In this document: positions 48,523 to 64,000 of the stretch, one piece after another | Layout of the letters: every line of letters starts with the position of its first letter | Numbering within the stretch: the stretch's first letter is position 1 | Origin: the human T2T-CHM13v2.0 reference genome, Homo sapiens | DNA: 64,000 nt | Assembly (NCBI RefSeq): GCF_009914755.1 | Contig: NC_060947.1 | Direction: 5' to 3' (one strand) | Program-made: the position numbers and the translations under genes | Notes under the pieces: generated by a model | What the model was told of the DNA's origin: nothing | Seen by the model: only the letters and a program-made list of their open reading frames with translations | The model's database searches: none

Positions 48523-49239
48523 AATTGTGCAAGAAATAATAGTTCATATCAATCAAAACCAGTTATTCAGTTCTGTGTAAAGACATAGACATAAATCATA
48601 TACCAAAAGTTACATTCTATATTCATTCTTTCAAAAGTACTTGTTGAACACCTGCTAAGTCCTAGAAACTATTCTAGGGCCTTTAAGGACTTCAGTGAAC
48701 AAAACACACAAGGATCCTAGTCCTCAGAATTTACAATTAATGTAGATGGAAACAGACAATAAACAATAAGCATAGTATATAAGTAAATTATATAGAGGTT
48801 CATACATGCTATGGAAATAAAGACAAGGTAGAGCAGGGTAAAGGTATTAAGAGTTCAGGGATTATGGTGCAAACTTCAGTAGTGTGTAGAATGGGTCAAA
48901 GTAGACCTCACTGAGAAGCAGACATTTAAGCAAAAGCTTGATGGAGGTGTAAGAGTGAAAACATGCAATACTTGGAGGAAGAAGATTCCAAGTAGAGGAG
49001 TCAGCCACAGTGAAGTACCTAAGGCAGAAGTGTGCCTCAAGTATTTTTTTTTTTTGGAGATTGACAAAGATGTCAGTAACAATGCTGCAGAGTTAAGAAA
49101 AAATGTAGAAGGAGGTGAGGTAACAAGGAGCTAGATCATGGAGGGTATTTTAGATCACTGTAAATATTCTACTCTGAGTGAAATGAGAAGCCATTTGCAA
49201 TATTTTTAGCAGAGTCGACTCATATATTTTGTCTACTCT

Positions 49240-49605
49240 TTTATTATTTTTAAATAATTGACACATTATAATTGCATGTTTATGGGGTAGTGTGATGTTT
49301 CAATACATGCATATTTTATATAATGATCAAATCAGGATAGTTGGCATGTTCATAATCTCAAATCTTTATCTTTTTTTTGTGGTGATATCTTGCAAGATCC
49401 TCTATTCTATTTATCTTGAAATATGCAATACATTTTTCTTAACCAGCTATGGTCCCTCTACTGTGCAAGAGAACACCAGAATTTATGTTTCCTATTTAAT
49501 TGTAACTTTGTACCCACTGACCATCTTCTCCCTTTTCCCCCTTCCTCCTCCCCTGTTTGGTCTTTGGTAACCACTATTCCACTTTCTACTTCTATGATAC
49601 CAATC
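49240..49605 (-). mobile_element. L1MA-type 3' end
   Basis: aattgacacattataattgcatgtttatggggt...taatgatcaaatcaggatagtt...ggtaaccactattccactttctacttctatga. Confidence 0.88.
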
Positions 49606-50157
49606 TGAAAGAAAAGGATGCTAACCTGTAATAAGAAAATATTTTAAAAAGATCACTCTGAGAAGCATAGAGACCTGTTACAAGGCTGTATGATTTAACC
49701 CAGATGAGAGATGATGGTGGCTTGGACAAGGGTGGTAGCTGTGGAGCTGGAGGTACAGTGAACAGAGTTTGCTAATACAGTGGATGTAAGGTATTGCAAG
49801 GAAGAGAGCTTTCAGGATGACTCCAAGGTTTTTGACTTGAGCAAGTGGTAGGATGGAGCTTCCGTCAACTGAAATGGGAAGTCTGCAAGTTTTGGGTAGG
49901 AGGGAAAGATCAGGAGTTTAGTTTTGGGCAAGTTGAGTTTAAGATATCTATTAAACATCCAAATGAAATTACCAAATAAGTAATTGAAAATGGATGTCAG
50001 AAGAGAAGTCTTGGCTGAGAAATAAATTTGAGAGTCATTAGTGTATTAGATGGTTTAAGCCTCAGGACTATAAGAGGTCACTGAGTGGGTATAAATGGTG
50101 AAGACTTGAAGACAAAAGCTGAGCACTGGTGTACACCAAATTAAAAGGTTAGAGAGT

Positions 50158-50560
<403 letters not shown>

Positions 50561-51809
50561 TCATGGAATGGGATATGACCTTAGTTTTATACTAATTTTG
50601 TTTTGGTCCATGTTTAGCACTAGTAACCTGGGATTATAAAACATGTGGTATAAGGAAAATTCTTGGATTATTTCACAAGGCTACAAATTTTCGCATGGTA
50701 AAATGGATCAAACAATTACACAGCATTTTTGTGCAGGCTACACAATCTCTCCAACTTCAGAAGAATTATTTCAGCAAATATAAACTTTGAAGGAACAATG
50801 AAAATACGGGACAATTTTTTACCAACAAACTAACTTTTCACTTACAAACATCAAAATAAATGAAAATTATTTAAGCAGAAATTTCCAATTGAAAACAAAA
50901 CGTTAAAAGTATCAACTTTGGTGAATAAGGAAACTCTATTTAAAATCAACCATTTAGCATAATAGTCATTTGTTCAGGGAAACACAATGATGTGTACACT
51001 GCTGAAATTGTTAAATGAAAAATACATGTTTTTGGTTTCAAAGGAAAATAGCATGGTATATATTAATATGAAAAGTTTGAAATTTGCAGCTGTGTTCTTG
51101 TTTTACAGCTGCTAATTTTGGCAAACAATTTTGAAACATAAAACTGCTTGTCCACTAGATAACAATACTTCCATGCCTTGCTTCCTCTGTAAGACAGAAA
51201 CTTGATCTCCAAACATAGTTCTTTCAAGCAAACAAGAAAGTATATCCCCTCTATACATGGGGCTGTAATTTCATTAGGACAATCAATATGAGCAGGTGAC
51301 ATAATAGTAATGTAAAGAGCAAAATATTATTTGCAGTATAATAGATTTGTTTCCCACTTTATTTTCAGAAGGAATATACACATACAAAGCTACGTTAAAG
51401 AAATTTTAAATTTCTATTTATGTTAAATTTAAAATTTAAAACATTGGAAGGAGCCCTTTAAGCAGCAAGTATTGGCTATTTTAAAAAGTGGCCAAGAAAG
51501 CAGGTGAATTGGATTCATTAATCTATGACATCATTTTCCTTTTATTTTGAAAAATTATGTTAAATTAAAAAATTTAATAGCACATTATCAAAGTACAAAC
51601 GGGACAAAAGAGCATGCAGGAAAAAAAAATCTCCCTCCAATCCCTGTCCCACAGCCACTTACTTCCTCTCCACAAATGCAATCAAAATTATTCATTTATT
51701 GTGAATATTTTCAGAGAAATTCTATGATAATGTAAGCATGCAAGCATATAGCTTCATTAAAAATCACACATAAAGTGTAGCACAGTGGACATCATCATTT
51801 TCAAACTTC

Positions 51810-52045
51810 AGGTTGTGATCTATTAGTTATAAAATGAATTTACTGGATCACAATTAACATTACATAGATATGAAATGGAATCGAATAGAAGAGAAAATGT
51901 CAGAGCATGTTGTTTCATAGTAAGGGTAGATATCGTCTTATGAAATTTTTGTTTTTGTTCTTTATTTATGGATTCATTGTGAACTGGGTTAGAATGTAAA
52001 ATATATTTCTTCAACTGGGTCATAGACAAGAAAATCCACTACTAT
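51810..52045. mobile_element. Second MER112-like hAT element
   Basis: gaatagaagagaaaatgtcagagcatg...tagtaagggtagatatcgtcttatgaaatttttg...actgggttagaatgtaaaatatatttctt, similar to 35190-35480. Confidence 0.55.
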
Positions 52046-53981
52046 CGACAACGATTCAAACCCTGTGGCTTTTGTTTAATGATGCATCTTGAAGACTGTT
52101 CAACTTCAATAAATACAGAGTTGTCTCATTTTGTTTGTGCTAGATTTATTTTAAAAATTTCAGACACCCATAAAAGGGTATAAAGAGCAATATTATAATC
52201 ACCATGTACCCCATTACTGAGCTTAAGAAATAAAATATCATAAATAAATACATATACAAATAGTGTCAATGGAGTTAAAACCCCCTGTGCAATTCCGCTT
52301 GAGCCACCCAACTTTTCTTCCTACTTATATGTCTTATTCTCTTTAAGGCTGCAGAGTATTCCACTGCATAAATTACTCAAATTATTATACCATAAATTAT
52401 TCAAGTGGCTTCCTATTGATAAACATCTTGATTGATATCACTGATTTTTTGATATTTCAAACAGTGCTAAGTGAATATCTTCATACATACCACTGCATGC
52501 TCATTCAATATCTGTAGGATAAATTTCAAGAAGAGAAACTGCTGGATCAAAGAAGATAATTTGTCTTTGCTAGATATTGTCAAATATCTTTTCATATCGA
52601 CTGTATCTATTTTTACTTCCATAATCAATATTTCATACACATTTTCCAAAAATGTATGTTATAAAATTTTAATTATTGCCAATATTATAGGTGATAAATG
52701 ATAAAATTTAGTTCAGTTTTAATATGCATTTCTCTTAGGAGTGAGTTTAAACATTTTTTTTCATATGTCCAAGAACCATTCTCATTTCCTTTACTATGGC
52801 ATATATCAATTTTTTTCTATTACATTATTTGGATTTTTTTCTTATTGATTATAAGCACTCTTTATATAGGAGGAAATTGACTGTCTCTGTATGCTACACA
52901 TATTTTAATATACATATATATACATATGTATATAATTTTGTGTAGTCAAATTTGACAGCAGTTTTATTTATGGCTTCTAGTTTTTTGGGCTATATCTAGA
53001 AAAGGTTTTCCTACTTTAAGGTTGGAAGAAATTCTCCCATATTGCTTTATAGTACTTATTTTCACATTTAATTTTGGGTCACCTAGAATTTATTCTGGTG
53101 TAGGGAGTGAGGTACGGAGGGAAGCAACTTTATTGTTTTCTGCATGGCTACATAATTGTCTCAACACTTTTCATAAACAATTTATGCCTTCCAGACTTAT
53201 TTGAAAGGTCATCTTTATCATATACTGTACTCCTGTTTGTATTTGGAACCATTTCCAGTCTTCTTCCATCCTAACACTTTGTTTATTCATATAATAGCAC
53301 CCCGCTAATTTATTTACAATGAACTTAAATATATTTTAATATCTGGCAAATCTATCATCATTATATTATGTTTTTCCCCATATATTTTCAAAGTATTCTT
53401 ATGTTTGTTTTTCCCAGTTGAATATTAGAGCTGGTATGTTAGGCTTTTTATAAGACCAATTGATATTTTGTTATTGAAGGCATGTTAAAATGATAGATTA
53501 AGGGGAATTTTTATGGTTCTGAGACTTATTTAAGAAAAAAGTATGGCTTTCTACTTATTTATGTTCTTTTCTATATTCCTCAATAGCATTATGATTTTTG
53601 TGTGTGTGTGTTGTACTTTTTGCTTGTTTATTCTCAGGCATTTTGATTGCTGTTGTTGCTACTGTAATCATTTATTCAACTATATTTTCTAAGTAAGTAT
53701 TGTTTGTATGGAAGGAAACTATTAATTTGGTGTGCTAATTTTATACCCAACTAGCTTACTAAATTCTCTTATTTCTTGTATTAGTTTCATGTTTGGTCTT
53801 AGATTTTTTTTTTTTAGATATACAATTATATAACCTAAAAATAATAAAATTATACCTCATTTTTCTAATTTTATTCCTCTTCTATTTTCTAATGTGGACA
53901 GTTGCTACTTCATAAGTTTAAAGTAGTTAATTAGAGCGGATATCCTTGTTTTGTTCTTGTCTCTAATAGAAATCCTTCTAG

Positions 53982-54280
53982 AGCCAGGTGTGGTGGCTCA
54001 CAACTGTAATCCCAGCACTTTGGGAGGCCAAGGTGGGAGAATGGCTTGAGCTCAGGAGCTCACCAGCCTGGTCAACAAAGGGGACATCCATTCTCTACAA
54101 AATTTTTTTTTAAACAGCCATGGCATGGTGGCATACACCTTTAGCCTCAGCTACTCCGGAGGCTAAAGTGGGAGGATCACTTGAGCTTAGGAGGTCAAAG
54201 CTGCAGTGAGCCATGATCTCATGACTGTACTCCAACCTGAGAAACTGAGTGAGACTGTCTCAAAAAAAAAAAAAAAAAAA
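53982..54280 (+). mobile_element. Alu (AluJ-type)
   Basis: gccaggtgtggtggctcac...ggaggatcacttgagcttaggaggtcaaagctgcagtgagc, then poly-A. TSD aatccttctag at 53971 and 54281. Confidence 0.96.
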
Positions 54281-54404
54281 AATCCTTCTAGTGCTTCCTC
54301 ACTTCAAATAAAACTGGATTTTGTGATTTTACATGATCTTATTCTAAGAAATTATATATATATATATACGTTTGTATGTATGTCTATCAAAAATTGATGC
54401 ATGA

Positions 54405-54640
54405 CAGACAGTATAATATCATGGGTAAATGCAAGGATTGAACTGCCTGGTGTAAATACTGACTTTACCACTTACCAGCCAAATCATTTTATGTATCCTT
54501 ATTGTGCCTTAGTTTTCTCATCGTAAATGGGAATATCATTTGTACCTCAGTTATGGAGCGGTTATGAATATTAAACTCAATATTTGTAAAATACTTAGAG
54601 CAATGTTTGGCACAGAATAAACACATTTGTTAAATAAAAT
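54405..54640 (+). mobile_element. MIR SINE
   Basis: actttaccacttaccagc...gtgccttagttttctcatcgtaaatggg...gtaaaatacttagagcaatgtttggcacag. Confidence 0.75.
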
Positions 54641-55904
54641 GTTGGTTTTTATCAAAACCCTTTTGAAAATCTCCGCCGTTTTTAAATTTGGTTTATCTAC
54701 ATTGATGTACTCATATGGTATGTTAGAGTAACAGAGTTTTTAATATTGAATAATCCTTGCATTCTTAGTATGAACTGCACTTACTTGTAGTGTATTATTT
54801 TTCTGTTATATTGCTGGACCTTGTGGGCTAGTATTTTATTTAAGAATTTTGCTTCGGTATTCAGAAGTAAAATTGATTTGAAGATTTATTTCGTACTTTC
54901 CTTTTTTAACTTTTAGATATCAATTTTTTTTGCTTCCAAAAAAATCTTTAAAAGATTTGGAAGCTTTCATTTAATTATGCTGTTAAAACATTTAAGTAGC
55001 ATTGAAATAATGTGTTCCTTAAAGATGTAGCAAATTTTGCCTGTGACACTGCCTAATTACGCTACTTCTTTTGGTTTAAGTAGTTCTTTGGAAGTTTTAT
55101 TTCTATTTTACAAATCAGATTTCTTTCTCTACTGAGAAAATTTTCTCTCCCTTCTGAGACCAGTTTTAGTCATTTGTATTTTTTCTATGAGATTATCCAT
55201 TCCAACATGGTTTTCAAGGGTACCTTAAAAGAGGTGCACAAATTGGTCTCTTATGAATCATTCAATATCCTCTGTCTCTTTAGTTATTTCGACATACTCA
55301 CGTCTTATTTTCTCTTCTTTTCCTGATTCTGCTATTTTACTGCTTATGCCTATAAGAATTGGTTCTTGAATTTATTAGTTAGTTCTCAGATTTTATCATA
55401 GTTTCCTTAAAAAATCATTCCAGTTCAAACGAAAATTTAAAGTCATTATAAAAATTGTTAAATTCCAGAATCAATAAAGGACATCCAGTTAAAAAATTAT
55501 AATTATTTATTTTGAAATAGGTGATCATACAGAGGAAAAAATTCCAAATTATACAATATAGCATTCAGAGAAAGAATATTTGTTCAATTAACGCACTGCA
55601 GATCTTCAGATTTCCACTTTCCTCCACAGAGGTGACCATGTTACCCATTCATAGAGACAAAGTATTAATTGCAGTGGCAGTTGATTTTCATTTGTAATTT
55701 TTTGGCTGCAGTTGGTAAGTAATGATATTCTGCTCTTTTAACTTTCAACCCCTGACTTGAAAGAGGTTAATCATTTTCCATTGGTTCCTAACAGTGCTTA
55801 TTTTTCCAAAACAAAATAAACTCTCTCTAGAATATAAGTTGTGACTTCTGAAAGTGACTGGTACCTCAAAGCTTGGCCCACATACTCATTCAAGGAATTT
55901 AAGA

Positions 55905-56070
55905 TAATTTGGGGGTATTTGGAGGTAGTCATGGACTACTTTATAATCTAATGAAGGACATGGATCCTTGCCAGAGGACTGCATATCTATCAGAGTGCAT
56001 TCAATATTACATGCAATTTGAGGCATTCACAGACTCTCTGAAACCCATTCATAGAACTTCTTGGAACTGA
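55905..56070. mobile_element. hAT-Charlie non-autonomous element (MER117-like)
   Basis: gtcatggactactttataatctaatgaagg...tgcaatttgaggcattcacagactctctgaaacccattcataga. Confidence 0.5.
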
Positions 56071-56092
56071 TTTATTTATAGGTTTATTAGTA

Positions 56093-56526
56093 CAGCTGAC
56101 GCTTGAGCAGTGCAGGGGTTAGAGATGCCGACTACCACACAGTCAGAAATCCATGCATAATTTTTGACTCCCCAAAAACATAACTACTAGTGGTCTGCTG
56201 TTGAGTGGAAGACTTGCCAATAACAAACAATTGATTAACACATATTTTGTATGTTATATGTATTATATACTTAATTCTTACAATAAAGTAAGCTAGAAAA
56301 AAGAAAATGTTATCAAGAAAATCATAAGGAAGATAAAATATATTTACTATTAATTAAGTGGAAGTGAATCATCATAAAGGTCTTCATCTTCATCTTCATG
56401 TTGAGTATGCTGAGGAGAAAGAGGAGGAACTGATCTTGCTGTCTCAGGGATGGCCAAGGCAGAAGAAAATGTATGTATAAGTGGACCCCTGTGCAGTTCA
56501 AAACTTTGTTGTTCAAGGGCCAACTA
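56093..56526. mobile_element. Tigger2a-like non-autonomous DNA transposon
   Basis: Terminal inverted repeats cagctgacgcttgagcag / ttgttcaagggccaacta, TA on both sides, 434 bp. Confidence 0.9.
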
Positions 56527-56757
56527 TATGTTCATGCTTCACACATTTAATGAGTTTTTACCTTGGGCCAAAATTTCTTTACATACATCTGTGATCAGCT
56601 TGTTTTATTTCAATCTAGTTGGGGGATACTTACAATTAAAGCCCAGTGTGATGCAGCTATGACGAGGCTAGTCCAGAGAACCACAGAACTATAGAGGAGG
56701 AACAATCTCATCCAGAGGTCTGAGGGTGGGGATCCAGAGTCAAACTGGAGAACTGAT

Positions 56758-57146
56758 CATATAGTTTTGCATATTTGTCCCCTCCAAATCTCATGTTAAA
56801 ATGTGATCCCCAGTGTTGGAGGTGGTGCCTATAGGGAGGTATTTGGGTTATGAGAGTGGATCTCTCACGAATGGCTTGGTGCCCTCCCGGTGGTCATGAG
56901 TTCACATGAGATCTGGTTATTTTAATGAGCCAGGCATCCCTCTCTTACTCTCTTCTGGCATGTGACACTCTAGCTCCCCTTCCACTTTGCCATGACTAAA
57001 AGCTTCCTGAGGCCTCATGAGAAGCCAAGCAGATGCAGATGCCATGCATGTACAGCCTGAAGAACCATATGTCAAATAAACCTCTTTTCTTTGTAAATTA
57101 CCCAGCCTCAGGTATCTTTATAGCAACAAAAACAGACACACAGACA
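56758..57146 (+). mobile_element. MaLR solo LTR, MSTB-like
   Basis: tttgtcccctccaaatctcatgtt...aagcttcctgaggcctc...aaataaacctcttttctttgtaaattacccagcctcaggtat. Confidence 0.92.
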
Positions 57147-57364
57147 AATATAACTGATTTAGATGGGGCTAGTGTCCTAGGTGCCTAACCCTACAAGTTG
57201 TCATCCCCTCATGGCCAAGGATGAGCTGCAGAGTGAAGGCTGGCTCACGGAAGACCAGAAACAACTAAACAATCTAAGCCTTTCTGTCCTCTTAAAGTGT
57301 TCCTCAAGGCTGCCAGGCTTGATTAATATTTTTATAGCTTCTGAATTTTCTTCTGGATGACATT

Positions 57365-63160
<5,796 letters not shown>

Positions 63161-63194
63161 CTCTCTCTAATGACATGTAATTTTAAACAACATA

Positions 63195-63546
63195 CAGTCA
63201 TGCATTTCTTAACGACACGGATACAATTTGAGAAATGTGTCGTTAGGGGATTTTGTCATTGTGCAAACATCACAGATTGTACTTACACAAACCTGGATGG
63301 TATAGCCTACTACACACCTAGGCCATAGGTGTAGCCTATTGTTGCTAGGCTACAAACCTGTAAGCATGTTATTAATACTTCACCGAATATTGTAGGCAAT
63401 TATAACACAATGCTAAGTATTTATGCATCTAAATATATCTAAATGTAGAAAAGGTACAGTAAAAATATGGTATTATTATATTATGGGACCATTCTCATAT
63501 ATATGGTCTGTCATTGACCAAAACACTCTTATACAGCACATGACTG
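63195..63546. mobile_element. Tigger3a-like non-autonomous DNA transposon
   Basis: Terminal inverted repeats cagtcatg / catgactg flanked by TA. Contains gtacttacacaaacctggatggtatagcctactacacacctaggc. Confidence 0.92.
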
Positions 63547-63559
63547 TAGTTATATTTTT

Positions 63560-63960
63560 CACATTTCAAATTGGTGAAAAATATTTTAAAGTAAATTATC
63601 TAGTATCAGTGAGGGTACACTAAAATGGCCACTATCATGCTTTACTAATGGGGGAGTATGAATCTTGATATAATTTGATAATATATATCTTGAACTTTAA
63701 TGAAAATATTTTAGAACCCAGTAATTTTATTTGTAGAACTCTACTAATAATGAATAGATCAGAAAGAGACCTATCTTTGATTACAAAGATGTCTATTTTA
63801 GTCTTTTTGCTCTAGTGAAATACTGGAAATGTTAATATTCAAAAATAGTGTATAGTTAATTATGTTACATCTACCTAATTAATATATTTAAAATAACATT
63901 TAATTAAGACTTAGTAATATTGGAAATTGCTCACATTTTAATTTAAGTGAAATATCAGGT
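63560..63960 (+). mobile_element. Old L1ME-like fragment
   Basis: tagaacccagtaattttatttgtagaactcta...aaagatgtctattttag...aaatactggaaa. Confidence 0.4.
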
Positions 63961-64000
63961 TGTATGGATCCTGATAAGGACACATGATGCACGGAAAGAA

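Larger units (their letters stand above)
52050..55400 (-). mobile_element. Old L1ME antisense stretch with nested Alu and MIR
   Basis: gctgcagagtattccactg...aattgccaatattataggtgataaatg...tatccttgttttgttcttg...taatattgaataatccttgcattc. Confidence 0.75.

Overview
AT-rich primate (probably human) nuclear DNA with no prokaryotic features, no CRISPR array, no rRNA/tRNA gene and no intact protein-coding gene that I can recognise. A large share is interspersed repeat: about 11 Alus, a full-length old L1MA-type LINE-1 with an intact 16-bp target-site duplication (TSD; 40.6-48.5 kb, +), a second rearranged L1MA (57.4-63.2 kb, -), L1 3' fragments, L2 and MIR relics, MaLR and ERV1 solo LTRs, and Tigger/Charlie DNA-transposon fossils. 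The supplied ORFs are mostly repeat-derived or chance. The most interesting signal lies in the repeat-free gaps from 1.2 to 39.4 kb: a chain of AG...GT-bounded + strand segments with mostly compatible splice phases and protein-like translations. Three consecutive segments splice to 128 stop-free codons, while most others carry one or two stops or small frameshifts. This looks like a decayed multi-exon gene (unprocessed, possibly unitary pseudogene) that I cannot name. It was assembled by eye and needs a homology test. Also notable: a near-perfect 34-bp inverted repeat around a 594-bp spacer, a MIR<LTR<Alu nested insertion, and a foreign L1 ORF2 patch replacing part of the minus-strand L1. Repeat subfamily names come from memory of consensus sequences, and boundaries of old repeats are approximate.
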